A program made the translations under genes and the position numbers. Below the pieces are notes generated by a model. The model worked only from the letters and a program-made list of their open reading frames with translations, searched no databases and was not told where the DNA came from. Below, piece by piece: positions 1 through 10,054 of a stretch of 64,000 nt of DNA; position 1 is the stretch's first letter; each line of letters begins with the position of its first letter. Location: contig CAVPZX010000002.1 in assembly GCA_963710375.1 (NCBI GenBank), positions 640,001-704,000 of the forward strand, written 5' to 3'. This stretch comes from Nitrospirota bacterium. Lineage in GTDB: Bacteria; Nitrospirota; Thermodesulfovibrionia; Thermodesulfovibrionales; Dissulfurispiraceae.

Positions 1-1346
1 TTGCCGGCGCGGATTTGTCCGAGTGCCTCGGGCGTGACCGTCCCGGTCGAGACGACGTTCCGTTTGCTGTCCACAATTTCGAATCCCTTATTCGCAAGGT
101 AGTCGGGGTCGTGAACAACGTGCGGCACCATCTCTGCCCTCGTAATGGAAGGGGGCACATCCCAATAGGGACGGAAGACAACATACTTCATCATGTCGCT
201 AAACACCGGGGTGTTGTGGTGGCCGTAAGCTTTTCCGACCACGATCTTCATCGTCACTCCGATTTTGATGTCTTTGTCATAGGCACGCAGACGGAACTCG
301 GGGATGTTCGCCACGATTAGCGCTTTTTGATATACGTCCGGCAACCAGCGCCATCGCTCAAGCGTGAGTTGCATTTGCCGAACTCGGCGGCTCAAAGGAA
401 CGTTCAAATCAGCCAGGGTTTGAGCGTCAAGTCGTCCATTCGGATCCCGGCCAAGCCTACGCTGAAAGTTCTTCACAGCGTCCACCAGCGCACCTGCGTA
501 AACAGTTTGATCAGCCGGAACGTTGGCGTCAGCCGGAAGGTCGCCGACCAACCGCAGCAGTCGCGTAAGCCGCGGGACACCGGGATAGGTGTCACCCGGC
601 ACAATCGCTTTCTTCGCGAGCGGGAACTGCTCTCCATCATCTTTCTTCGCCAGTTCGACGTAGGTATTCAGGGCTTGAATCGTTCGACGGTAAGCGGGAT
701 AGGGCGGCTCCACTTGCGCCAGGACGCCGGCAATGTCGCCAGCACCTACAACATGGTCCTTGAGAAATTCAGCCAAATCGTATTTCTTGGATTCATCATC
801 AAGAGCGAAGGCAAAGTGTCTCGGATTTACCTTGCCAATGTGGAGGTCGGAAATATACCTCATCGCGCAAACCGTGAGGGCGAGGTCGAATTTCACAGCA
901 TCCGCCTCGGTCGGCTGCCGCGTCGCAGGTTTGAGTTTTGCCAACCGATCGTTCCACCGGGATCCGTCATAGTCTTCCGCGGAGAGCCCCTTTTGGTCGG
1001 CCTTGAGCAACAGCGCGATTACCTGGCGCGCCTGTGCGGTCGGCTCCATTCCCTTGACCCACCACAATGAATCACCGTTGAACTCGTAGAATTTCTTCAC
1101 GTGCTTGCTGTAATCGCTGAAATCTGGCCAACGCAAATCGGAGAAACTGCCACGGCTAATGGCAGTGCCCAGCCAGGCTTGACCTTCGGAGCTGAGTTCC
1201 AGCGCACTCGCACCTGCAGTGCCGGAAGTTGCAAGATGACTCTCAGCAGAGCTCGCTGAGCCGCATCCAGATCCGCAAAACAGTGCGATCAACACCATGG
1301 GTGCTGAAAGCAGAGGGCCCCACCCCAAAATCGTTAGTTGTTTCAC
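1..1346 (-). CDS. L,D-transpeptidase family protein (YcbB/LdtD-like), runs off the left edge
   Basis: Not in the ORF track (no stop in window). Manual translation from GTG at 1346 gives a hydrophobic N-terminus, then ...WPDFSDYSKHVKKFYE... and VFRPYWDVPPSITRAEMVP, typical of YcbB-type enzymes; same frame at 1346 and 179. Confidence 0.85.
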   Translation of the reverse strand, partial: MKQLTILGWGPLLSAPMVLIALFCGSGCGSASSAESHLATSGTAGASALELSSEGQAWLGTAISRGSFSDLRWPDFSDYSKHVKKFYEFNGDSLWWVKGMEPTAQARQVIALLLKADQKGLSAEDYDGSRWNDRLAKLKPATRQPTEADAVKFDLALTVCAMRYISDLHIGKVNPRHFAFALDDESKKYDLAEFLKDHVVGAGDIAGVLAQVEPPYPAYRRTIQALNTYVELAKKDDGEQFPLAKKAIVPGDTYPGVPRLTRLLRLVGDLPADANVPADQTVYAGALVDAVKNFQRRLGRDPNGRLDAQTLADLNVPLSRRVRQMQLTLERWRWLPDVYQKALIVANIPEFRLRAYDKDIKIGVTMKIVVGKAYGHHNTPVFSDMMKYVVFRPYWDVPPSITRAEMVPHVVHDPDYLANKGFEIVDSKRNVVSTGTVTPEALGQIRAG

Positions 1347-1404
1347 TGAAAAGCCTTAGGCTGGTCGGCATTGGGTTCCGTAGTGGGCATAAGCTCTTGC
1401 GCAT

Positions 1405-1636
1405 TCATTTGGGGCTGCTCCACTTCCAGTGCCGGATTTCCAGCATGTCTTGGCCGTGCTTGTCGATGTGCTGCTTGTGCTCGATCAGCTTCCTTGAACT
1501 GCTGCTTCAGGTAGATACATTTCTCGCCGGTCCGCGGAACGTGGTCGATGGCGTCCATCACCATGTGGAAGAGGTCCAGATCGTTGAGCACCGTCATGTC
1601 GAAGGACGTAGTGATGATGATAATCTCTTTACCCAT
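1405..1636 (-). pseudogene. xfp: C-terminal remnant of phosphoketolase (Xfp/Xpk)
   Basis: ITTSFDMTVLNDLDLFHMVMDAIDHVPRTGEKCIYLKQQFK, then after a frameshift near 1490 KLIEHKQHIDKHGQDMLEIRHWKW: matches the phosphoketolase C-terminus; only about 75 codons remain. Confidence 0.8.
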
Positions 1637-1717
1637 CGCTACTCCTTTCACTCTGGGGGAACAGCTATATTTAATTAACTCCACATAAATTAAGAAGCAA
1701 TTGTTTAGGCTCATTAA

Positions 1718-1763
1718 ATTTTAAGTCGCAAATTGAGAATTGTCAATGTCCCAATTCTCAATT
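1718..1763 (-). promoter_or_regulatory. sigma70 promoter overlapped by a 12-bp inverted repeat
   Basis: TTGACA (1746-1741)-17 bp-TAAAAT (1723-1718); AATTGAGAATTG-N9-CAATTCTCAATT at 1731-1763. Confidence 0.7.
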
Positions 1764-2133
1764 ATGACGGCGCCTTTATAATCTGTCATGTATTTACGAC
1801 CCAAGAACTAAGGGCGAAACTCAAATAACATTGGAAATTTGTACCCTCTTGATTTTTCAGTGCACTCCGCAAGTGAGGGGTGCGCATTTCGGGTCGTACA
1901 CCTCATGACATCGAGGGATATTGAAAGGCACTGTTATAAGTAGAATCTATCGTCAGCTTCAACTTCCTGATGGTCTCAATTAGTCGGTGCAGTCTTGAAA
2001 TGAACCCTGAGCACTTCCATCTGCACCCCTCATCATATTCAGGATACCATCCAGTGAGCGCTCCTGTGCGGATTTAAGATCAAGCTCTCATCACTAAAAC
2101 GTTTATTGTTGCCTTGAGGGACACATCCCATTT

Positions 2134-2543
2134 CTATGAAGAATTGCCTGTGCCGAGCAGGTATGTTTTTGCCTTGTTCACAAAATCCAGGGCTTTGGGA
2201 AATATCTCGTCCACGTCTTCTTTGGTAACTTCAGCCTGTTCCATATAATCGCCTTTTTGTCTGAGTTCAAAAGCTCGATGCAGGGCTATATGGACAAGGC
2301 CTTATCGAAAATACCGCTTTTGATAAATTCCTTGTCGAAGAGAGAAATCGCTCCGGTGTGTTTCGAAGTACCTATCTGCTTTTCCTGTAAAAGAGCCAAC
2401 ACGGTATAAAACATTGCGTAATATAAACGGTTTGTCACGGCCCTATAGCTCATGCCTTCTCTTAGCAAGACTGTCGCCTCCTTGATAGAGTCGTCGGCTT
2501 GTTGAAGTCTGTATTTTATCAGGGGTAGTATTTTTTCATTCAC
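2134..2543 (-). pseudogene. HEPN domain protein (MNT-HEPN pair), frameshifted
   Basis: ORF 2286..2543 has NRLYYAMF and SKHTGAISLF; after an apparent 2-nt TA duplication near 2288 the frame continues LHRAFELRQKGDY... to TAG at 2134. Confidence 0.8.
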
Positions 2544-2863
2544 ACTGCTACTCCCTCGCGATAAACCGTCTTGATGAATACCGACTCGCGGAGCGGGCTG
2601 TTTTTTATGGTATCAATGCTTACAGCTACCGGCACGACAACAACATCTTCTGGAAATCCTGCCTCCCATGCGCATTCGCTTATGAATTTTTCCAGCGCAT
2701 GATCGAGATGCTCAACGACAATGAGAATGTCAAGATCCGACTCCTCAGTGGCACTGCCCCGTGCGCGGGAACCGAAGATCTTGACTTCGTGAACTTTTGC
2801 TCTCTGCGAGACCAGAGACTTGAACTTTTCAGCTATTTTAAGGTCTTTTTGCTGCACGTCCAC
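2540..2863 (-). CDS. Minimal nucleotidyltransferase (MNT) antitoxin-like protein
   Basis: FGSRARG...ESDLD motif; 4-bp overlap with the HEPN gene. Confidence 0.9.
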   Translation of the reverse strand: MDVQQKDLKIAEKFKSLVSQRAKVHEVKIFGSRARGSATEESDLDILIVVEHLDHALEKFISECAWEAGFPEDVVVVPVAVSIDTIKNSPLRESVFIKTVYREGVAV

Positions 2864-3008
2864 CTTCGATTATGCGTTCCTTTTGCTCGCATGATTCAAA
2901 GTTTAACAAAACCATAGTGTTAATACAATGCTCTTTGCTTTTTTTGTCATATATTTTTTCATTCCTAATTTGACTTTTAATCCTGAAATTAGATAACATT
3001 TTAGAACT

Positions 3009-3629
3009 ATGCAAGAAACGGCCTTACAATTAATATTGGGAGCAGGATATGTCGTCAAGGCTGACCTGGCGGTCCTTCTCCTTTTCTCCATTGTATCTTG
3101 GACCATAATATTCCAGAAATGGCGCTATTTTTCAAAAGCTGACAGTGAGAGTTATGCTTTTATGAGAGCCTATGAGTCATCAAAGGCCCCCAAGGACCTT
3201 TATTCTGCATCCAAAAAGTTTACGTTAAGCCCTCTAGCCAGTCTGTTCAGGTCCGTGTTCTCCGAAAAAACCTATACGGAAAAAGAAGAACTCAAGAGGA
3301 TGCTGAAAAGATATTCCACTCTGGAGGCGACCAGGCTCCAGCGCTATCTGAACTTCCTGGCCACAACAGGTTCTACATCACCTTTCATCGGATTGTTCGG
3401 TACGGTGTGGGGCATAATGAACGCTTTCAGGGGAATCGGTACCGCCGGTTCCGCATCCCTGGCTGTGGTGGCGCCTGGCATTGCGGAGGCGCTCATTACA
3501 ACCGCCATGGGTCTTTTGACAGCTATTCCTGCGGTTGTGGCCTTCAACTATTATTTGAGCAGATCAAACCGCATGATTATCGAAATGGAAGATTTCTCTG
3601 AAGAACTTTTCGACTATATTCCAAGGTAA
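3009..3629 (+). CDS. tolQ: TolQ (MotA/TolQ/ExbB family)
   Basis: FLATTGSTSPFIGLFGTVWGIM and APGIAEAL motifs. Confidence 0.95.
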   Translation: MQETALQLILGAGYVVKADLAVLLLFSIVSWTIIFQKWRYFSKADSESYAFMRAYESSKAPKDLYSASKKFTLSPLASLFRSVFSEKTYTEKEELKRMLKRYSTLEATRLQRYLNFLATTGSTSPFIGLFGTVWGIMNAFRGIGTAGSASLAVVAPGIAEALITTAMGLLTAIPAVVAFNYYLSRSNRMIIEMEDFSEELFDYIPR

Positions 3630-3638
3630 CCGTTCAAG

Positions 3639-4040
3639 ATGACACCTACAAGAAGCAGAAACGTCATGTCGGAGATAAATGTCACCCCGCTTGTCAACGT
3701 AATGCTTGTGCTCCTCATCATCTTTATGGTGACTGCACCGCTTCTTCAGCAGGGCATCGATGTGAACCTTCCGCAGGCAAAGGGTAAGAACCTGCCTCCA
3801 GAGGAGAGACTATCCATTGTCATAAAAAAAGGCGGAACAATTTTCTTGAATGACACCCAGATATCTATGGACGACCTTACAAAGAAGCTTGCCGCCGTGA
3901 GCAAGCGGAATCCGGATGTGTTTCTTAAGGCTGACAAGGATGTCCCTTACGGTTTGGTTGTGGAAGTAATGGGTGAAGTAAAGGAGGCAGGGATAGAAAA
4001 GCTCGGAATGATAACCGAGCCCAAAATTTCGCTGAAATGA
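3639..4040 (+). CDS. tolR: TolR (ExbD/TolR family)
   Basis: SEINVTPLVNVMLVLLIIFMVTAP; the conserved TM Asp reads as Asn. Confidence 0.93.
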   Translation: MTPTRSRNVMSEINVTPLVNVMLVLLIIFMVTAPLLQQGIDVNLPQAKGKNLPPEERLSIVIKKGGTIFLNDTQISMDDLTKKLAAVSKRNPDVFLKADKDVPYGLVVEVMGEVKEAGIEKLGMITEPKISLK

Positions 4041-4742
4041 AAGAGCAAGGCGTAGGCGCCGCCATCACTCTTTCTTTTTTCCTGCATGTCGCAATTGTCA
4101 CTATCTCTCTTTTGATAAGCAGAGGACTCTATACACGCAAGCTGGTCCCTACCTATGTCGTATCGCTCGTTTCTCCGTCACAGACCGCAGGGTCGGAAAA
4201 AGTCTCACCGTCCGGCGCAGCAAAGGAGGCTGCAGCTCCGGAGATTGCGAAGCCGGCTGAAAAGCCCAGGGTGGAACCGCACATCGAGACACGGATGAAA
4301 AAAGAGACATACACTACCACAGTAAAAGAGAGGATCGAGGAGGCTCAGGGCTATTCAAAAGCTCGAAAAGCTGATGGCTCTTAGAAAAATTATCGATATT
4401 GGGACCAAGGGAAGTGATCTGCAGTCGAAAACCTCTTCCAGTGCTGCATCGAGGAATAAGATAACAGACAGCGGAGGCGCCAATGCCGGCGGAGGTGATT
4501 ATTATTCTCTGGTCGAAACAAAAATCCGGCAGCAGTGGATATATCCGGAGACGCTTGCTACGGATTTGGAAACTATTATCTCAATCAGGGTCGCTAAAGA
4601 CGGCAGCATTACAATAGAGAAGGTGGAAAAGGGATCAGGGAACCAGCTTTTCGACCGTTCTGTCCTGAGGGCCATAACCATGGCCAGCCCTCTCCCCCCG
4701 CCGCTGAAAGAAATGGAAATTGGATTGCGGTTCAGGCCATGA
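4037..4742 (+). CDS. tolA: TolA/TonB C-terminal domain protein, split by a 1-nt insertion near 4342
   Basis: TM anchor with SxxxH (ORF 4037..4384) plus TonB_C-like domain (4374..4742); removing one G in GAGGCTC joins them (EELRAIQKLEKLMALRK). Confidence 0.85.
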
Positions 4743-4757
4743 AAAAAGTCGGAAAAC

Positions 4758-4907
4758 AGAAGGCTAAGGGCAAAAGGCTAAAGGCTAAAGGTTGAATAAA
4801 AAACAAAAGTTAGATATTGGATTGTTATGTTGCATGTTTTATGGGCTGGCGTCTGTCCTCCTCCTTTTGCCTTTTGCCTTTTGCCTTTCGCCATCTTCTG
4901 CCTTTGC
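4758..4907. repeat. Fold-back element of inverted 7-mer arrays (AAAGGCT / CCTTTTG)
   Basis: Left arm 4758-4791, right arm 4860-4907 (CCTTTTG x3); overlaps the tolB start and signal peptide. Confidence 0.8.
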
Positions 4908-6099
4908 AGATAAAGTTTATATTGACATCACCGCGCCAGGCATTAAAAAGCTGCCTATCGCGGTGCAGGACTTTCCCGGCAAAAAGGAGATTTCCGATAT
5001 TGTAAAAGACGACCTCAACTTTACCGGCCTTTTTGATTGTGTTGACGAGTCTGTCCAGATCGAACACCCTGATCAGCCTTTCAATCCCGTTAACTGGCTG
5101 GGGCTGGGGATCGAACTTGTAGTCAAAGGCAGGGTCTCTTTTTTTGCAGCAGACAAGTTCATCGTAACTGTTTCCGCGTATGACGTCTCTGATGGAAGGG
5201 AAATACTGAAGAAAGAGTATGCGGCTACAACTGAACTGTCCCGTCCAGTCGCCCATTCCATTGCAAATGATATCTATACTCTCCTTACCGGACAGCAGGG
5301 AATATTCAAAACAAAGATCGCGTTTATCGCCGACAAAGGATGGAAAAAGGAACTGGAGTTGATGGATTGGGACGGTCACAGGATACAGGAAACCGCTATA
5401 ACCTCAGACATTTTGATGACGCCGCATTGGTCACCGGACAAGACAAAGCTTCTCTATTCCGCAGAGCGTTATCGCCAGTGGGGAATTTACCTGTTCGATA
5501 TTAATTCCATGAAGGAACGGAGCCTGATGCTGACGAATGGTTTGAATATAGCGGGCAACTTTTTCCCGAACAGTTATGATTTTGTTTTCACATCGTCAAA
5601 AGACCTGAATTACGGCATCTATATTGCCAATCTTAGCAATGTACATGGCAGGAAAATTGTTTCCTCACCCTGGATCGATGTTTCCCCCTCGGTTTCTTCT
5701 GATGGCAAGTCTATCGTCTTTGTTTCCAACAGATCAGGCAATCCTCAGATATACATTGTTGACCGGGACGGCTATGGATTAGGCAGACTGACCTTTCAGG
5801 GCAACTACAACACCTCTCCGGCATGGTCTCCTCAGGGCAACAAAATTGCTTACACAAGCATGATAGGAGGGAGGAACCAGATTTTTATAATTAATGCTGA
5901 CGGCACAAACCCGACCCAGCTCACCGACAGAGGAAACAACGAAAACCCTTCCTTTTCTCCTGACGGCAGATACCTGGCCTTTTCATCGACCATGGACGGT
6001 CCAAAAGGGATTTATCTTATGCGGATTAATGGAGAAGGTGTTCTAAAGATAACACCGAAAAACATGAAGGCGCTAAACCCAAGCTGGTCGCCGATGTAA
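4792..6099 (+). CDS. tolB: Tol-Pal beta-propeller protein TolB
   Basis: VYIDIT N-terminus, PD40 repeats (SPAWSPQG, NPSFSPDG), position after tolQRA; start uncertain. Confidence 0.95.
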   Translation: MNKKQKLDIGLLCCMFYGLASVLLLLPFAFCLSPSSAFADKVYIDITAPGIKKLPIAVQDFPGKKEISDIVKDDLNFTGLFDCVDESVQIEHPDQPFNPVNWLGLGIELVVKGRVSFFAADKFIVTVSAYDVSDGREILKKEYAATTELSRPVAHSIANDIYTLLTGQQGIFKTKIAFIADKGWKKELELMDWDGHRIQETAITSDILMTPHWSPDKTKLLYSAERYRQWGIYLFDINSMKERSLMLTNGLNIAGNFFPNSYDFVFTSSKDLNYGIYIANLSNVHGRKIVSSPWIDVSPSVSSDGKSIVFVSNRSGNPQIYIVDRDGYGLGRLTFQGNYNTSPAWSPQGNKIAYTSMIGGRNQIFIINADGTNPTQLTDRGNNENPSFSPDGRYLAFSSTMDGPKGIYLMRINGEGVLKITPKNMKALNPSWSPM

Positions 6100-6112
6100 A
6101 GGAGGGTGCACT

Positions 6113-6598
6113 ATGAAATTTACCCATTTCAACAAAGAGGGAAAAGCGAAGATGGTGGACGTTTCCGGAAAAGCGCCTTCCATGCGCGAGGCAGTCGCCT
6201 CAGGCTCTGTGCACATGAAGCCTGAAACAATGCGCCTCATCAAAGAGGGTTCCATCCAAAAAGGCGATGTGTTTGGCGTGGCGAGGATTGCAGGCATAAT
6301 GGCAGCCAAAAAAACCTCTGAACTGATTCCAATGTGCCATCCGCTGAACCTGGCATACGCAGCGGTTGATTTCTCTTTTAACGAGAGCGCCGGGACAATT
6401 GACATTAAGGCCACAATAAAAATAACCGGACAGACAGGGGTCGAAATGGAGGCGCTAGTTGCCGTGTCTTCTGCTGCCCTCACTATTTACGACATGTGCA
6501 AATCAGCAGACAAAGAAATGGTCATATCCGATATCATGCTCCTCGAAAAACGCGGCGGCAAAAGCGGGGAATTTAAAAGGAAAGGCAATAGGCAATAG
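6113..6598 (+). CDS. moaC: Cyclic pyranopterin monophosphate synthase MoaC
   Basis: MVDVSGK, LIPMCHPL, TGVEMEAL, IYDMCK motifs; GGAGG SD. Confidence 0.97.
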   Translation: MKFTHFNKEGKAKMVDVSGKAPSMREAVASGSVHMKPETMRLIKEGSIQKGDVFGVARIAGIMAAKKTSELIPMCHPLNLAYAAVDFSFNESAGTIDIKATIKITGQTGVEMEALVAVSSAALTIYDMCKSADKEMVISDIMLLEKRGGKSGEFKRKGNRQ

Positions 6599-6687
6599 GC
6601 TTTGGGCAATGGGCCAAGACAGACAAACATAAAAAGTCTTTTTTCTTTTTCTTTACCTATAGCCTATCGCCAATAACCTATTGCCTT
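6582..6687. repeat. Fold-back element of inverted 7-mer arrays (AGGCAAT / ATTGCCT)
   Basis: aaggcaataggcaataggc...gcctatcgccaataacctattgcctt between convergent genes; contains the moaC stop. Confidence 0.85.
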
Positions 6688-6691
6688 GTTT

Positions 6692-7201
6692 TTATTGATA
6701 CCTTTTGACGCTGAATCGGAATATTTGGACATCCTTATCACCAAGGTCGATGCCTGCCTTCATTTTTGTGATCCTCAATTGATCTTCAACGGTATTGACC
6801 CCCTCCAGGTCGGGAAGCAATAGCCCCCTTCTGGCGCCCTTAATTACAATAATTCCGTATTTTTTGGGATCCAGTTGCGACAGGTCTTTTACCGGTTCGG
6901 GCGCCGACAGGACGTTGACCGAATAGTGGAGCCCTTCCAGTTCGGTTTGGAGCAATGGATGAAATCTGGGGTCTTCTGTAGCAGCAGCAACAGCATTTTT
7001 TACTATTTCCTCGTAGAGGTTCTCTGATGTGGGGAGAAACGTCCCGATGCAGCCCCGCAGATCGTTGCCCATTTTCAGACAGACAAATACACCGTTTCTT
7101 TCCTTCATGTCGTCAGGGACCTCTTCAGGGAGGGGGAGCACTTTTCTGTGGAGTATGTACTCCTCAATAGCCTTCCTGGCAAGCGCGACATACGGGTGCA
7201 T
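6692..7201 (-). CDS. AMMECR1 domain protein (AmmeMemoRadiSam protein A-like)
   Basis: [21 protein letters not shown] motifs. Confidence 0.93.
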   Translation of the reverse strand: MHPYVALARKAIEEYILHRKVLPLPEEVPDDMKERNGVFVCLKMGNDLRGCIGTFLPTSENLYEEIVKNAVAAATEDPRFHPLLQTELEGLHYSVNVLSAPEPVKDLSQLDPKKYGIIVIKGARRGLLLPDLEGVNTVEDQLRITKMKAGIDLGDKDVQIFRFSVKRYQ

Positions 7202-7203
7202 GG

Positions 7204-8232
7204 CTACTCCTTTCGCTGCATTGCGTATTCAGCCATTGCAAGAAGAGCTTCCTTTCCCTCAGAGTGAGGAAACCCTGCCAGTTCGGACTTTGCCTCTTCA
7301 ACAAGAGCCTCAGCTATGATAAGTGACTCCTCTATTGCATGGTATTGTTCAAACAGCGCCATAACCCTTTGGCGGCCCTCTTCGCTTTCAGCCCGTGTCT
7401 TTATAATGCCCCTGATTTCATCCTGCTCAACATCAGATGCATTTTTAAGAAGATAAATAAGAGGCATAGTGATCTTTCCCTCTTCAAGGTCCTTGCCGAG
7501 CTTCTTGCCGAGGTTTCTCTGGTCAGCAACATAATCGAGGATGTCATCGGCAAGCTGGAATGCTATACCGGTCTTCATCCCGAAGCGGGCCAGCGCCATC
7601 TCATTCTCCTCAGGCTGGCCGGCCAAAATTCCACCTATCCTGCAGGCCGCTGATATCAGGACACCAGTCTTTGCGGCGACAATATCAAAATATTCCTCTT
7701 TTGTTATCTCCGGATCTCCGACTTTATTAAGCTGCAGGATTTCACCTTCCGTCATCCGGGTAGTTGCCTCGGATAGCGCTTCCATTATCTTCTGGTTTTT
7801 CTGGTCAACCGCAATCTTCAGCGCCTTGGAATACAGAAAGTCTCCTACCAGTATGACGACCTGGTTTCCCCAGACAGCGTGTGCAGCAGGCTTTCCTCTC
7901 CTGGTATCAGCGCCGTCTATAACATCGTCATGCAGCAATGAAGCGGTATGTATGGCCTCAATAATTGCCGCAAGCAGTGTGCGGTTTGCCTCCTCATATC
8001 CGCAGAGGTCAGCACTGAGAAGGAGGAATAATGGGCGTATCCGCTTTCCTCCGCCGCTGATGAGATGCTGTCCTATCATAGGGATCAGAAAGACGTTGCT
8101 GCTGAAGATTCCGAGGAGCTGCCGTTCAACGGTCTGCATCTCTTCCGCATAGTGTGAAAAAATATCTTTGATATTCATAAAATTATTAACGTGTCTTACG
8201 TTACCGCCTTGCATGCCGTCATATGCTGTCAT
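7204..8232 (-). CDS. Polyprenyl diphosphate synthase (IspB-like)
   Basis: [15 protein letters not shown] and LADDILD aspartate-rich motifs; alternative start at 8178. Confidence 0.95.
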   Translation of the reverse strand: MTAYDGMQGGNVRHVNNFMNIKDIFSHYAEEMQTVERQLLGIFSSNVFLIPMIGQHLISGGGKRIRPLFLLLSADLCGYEEANRTLLAAIIEAIHTASLLHDDVIDGADTRRGKPAAHAVWGNQVVILVGDFLYSKALKIAVDQKNQKIMEALSEATTRMTEGEILQLNKVGDPEITKEEYFDIVAAKTGVLISAACRIGGILAGQPEENEMALARFGMKTGIAFQLADDILDYVADQRNLGKKLGKDLEEGKITMPLIYLLKNASDVEQDEIRGIIKTRAESEEGRQRVMALFEQYHAIEESLIIAEALVEEAKSELAGFPHSEGKEALLAMAEYAMQRKE

Positions 8233-9299
8233 AACGCATCAGGATTCAATCGAATAGATTCCACATTAATACTCTCTTCCGCGAGTTTCTTGATATCCCG
8301 CGGCCTGAATGCCCCCTTTTCGGTAAAAAAGGAGGTGACATATCTGGCCGGAGTTACATCGAATGCCAAGTTTATTACATTAACGCCTAAAGGCGCAACT
8401 CTTTGTCCGCGAATAGTGGTCACCTCGTCAGCGTGGCGTTCCTCGATAGGTATATGCTCCCCGGACTCCATGCCAAAATCAATGCTGCTTAACGGCGCTG
8501 CCACATAGAACGGGATACCGTGCTCCCTGCACAAGACTGCAACAGTGTATGTGCCGATCTTGTTTGCCACATCTCCGTTCCTCGTCGTCCGGTCAGTGCC
8601 GACGATTGCAAGGTCAATGGCACCTTTTTTCATAAGCGCTCCGGCTGTATTATCGGTTATCAGCGTTACCGGTATGCCGGCCTGCATCAGTTCCCATGCT
8701 GTCAGCCGGGCACCCTGCAGTACCGGTCGTGTCTCATCAGCAATTACCTGTATGCGTTTGCCCTGGTCCTTTGCAATCAGCATAGGGGCAGTTGCCGTGC
8801 CGTATCCGCCGGTGGCAAGGCTGCCGGCATTGCAATGTGTAAGGATAGTGTCTCCATCCCTGATAAAACCGGCCCCCCATCTGCCAATCGCCTTGTTTAT
8901 CTCTATATCTTCTTCGAGTATCCTCTTTGCCTCATCGATAAGCAGTTGTTTAACAGCGCTCACCTGCTCGTTTTTTCGAGCGGCGAGCAATCTCTTAATC
9001 CTCTCTACCGCCCACTTTATATTCACGGCAGTAGGCCTTGTGGCAAGCAGGGCATCCATCACCGGCTCAAGCTTTTTTGAAAAATCGTCCATAGTGCCGG
9101 CTTTTATATCCTGTGCCCCGAGTGCTATGCCCATGGCAGCAGCAATTCCGATTGCCGGGGCTCCCCTGATCCAGAGCTTTTTGATACCCTCCGCAACTTT
9201 CAGGTAGTCTGCACATTCTACATAAATCACTTCAAGCGGCAGCCTGCTCTGGTCAAGCATAAAAACCTTGTTATCTTTCCATTCTATCGTGCTGACCAT
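8229..9299 (-). CDS. mtnA: S-methyl-5-thioribose-1-phosphate isomerase
   Basis: IRGAPAIG, TRPTAVN, THCNAG, ETRP, ANKIGT motifs. Confidence 0.96.
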   Translation of the reverse strand: MVSTIEWKDNKVFMLDQSRLPLEVIYVECADYLKVAEGIKKLWIRGAPAIGIAAAMGIALGAQDIKAGTMDDFSKKLEPVMDALLATRPTAVNIKWAVERIKRLLAARKNEQVSAVKQLLIDEAKRILEEDIEINKAIGRWGAGFIRDGDTILTHCNAGSLATGGYGTATAPMLIAKDQGKRIQVIADETRPVLQGARLTAWELMQAGIPVTLITDNTAGALMKKGAIDLAIVGTDRTTRNGDVANKIGTYTVAVLCREHGIPFYVAAPLSSIDFGMESGEHIPIEERHADEVTTIRGQRVAPLGVNVINLAFDVTPARYVTSFFTEKGAFRPRDIKKLAEESINVESIRLNPDAL

Positions 9300-9415
9300 A
9301 TCGAATCTCCAATATATATTTTTTAAAAAAATGTTCCGACAAACATCCTGATAAGAGCATTATTATAACCGTTGTTGCCATGGCAATTCTACACTATAAG
9401 GGGTGTGGTAGTGGA

Positions 9416-10054
9416 TCAGCTTCTTTTTGCTGAGGCGAGAAACCGCTGGGCATTCATCTTTATATCGCCCTCCAGGAGTCCTGAGGACACCGCGACACCC
9501 TCACAGCCTGTTTCAAAGACAGACAGCACATTATCGGGCCTTATTCCACCGATTGCTATTACCGGTATGGTTGCCGCATTCTTTACCGCCCTCAACCCTT
9601 CTACCCCTTTCGGAGTTCCCACCTCTTTGGTTGCGGTAGGAAAGATAGAGCCAAAACCTATGTAATCTGCGCCTCCCCTTTCAGCTTCGAGCGCTTCCTT
9701 AACAGAATGGGTCGAGATGCCGATTATTCTATTGCCCATAATCTTTCTTGCCTCCTTAAGGGGCATGTCATCCTGACCAAGGTGGACTCCGTCAGCATCG
9801 ACGGCGAGGGCAATATCGGCATAATCATTGATAATAAGGCAGGCATTAAACATCCTTGTGATTTCTCTCAGTCTGAGCGCTTCGAAAAAGACCTCTCTGC
9901 GTGTTTTGTCCTTTTCCCTGTATTGTACCCACATGATGCCAGACTCCAGGATTATCTTGACGGTCTTATCGAGAGGGTCAATCCCTGATGTACCCGTTAT
10001 AAAACAGATACGATTGGCAGCAAACTCAAAGCCACTTCTTTCCTCACGTCTCAC
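9416..10054 (-). CDS. thiE: Thiamine phosphate synthase
   Basis: QYREK, IIND, GVHLGQDD, AIGGI motifs. Confidence 0.95.
   Translation of the reverse strand: MRREERSGFEFAANRICFITGTSGIDPLDKTVKIILESGIMWVQYREKDKTRREVFFEALRLREITRMFNACLIINDYADIALAVDADGVHLGQDDMPLKEARKIMGNRIIGISTHSVKEALEAERGGADYIGFGSIFPTATKEVGTPKGVEGLRAVKNAATIPVIAIGGIRPDNVLSVFETGCEGVAVSSGLLEGDIKMNAQRFLASAKRS

Noticed and set aside
15..1070. Plus-strand ORFs 15..320 and 327..1070
   Set aside because: Antisense shadows of the minus-strand L,D-transpeptidase; no recognisable motifs.
1875..2032. 10-bp inverted pair tgaggggtgc / gcacccctca
   Set aside because: Short, with no internal pairing, target duplication or ORF; plausibly chance.
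6100..6112. No pal after tolB; leuD without leuC or leuB
   Set aside because: Operon splitting is common and the genes may lie outside the window.
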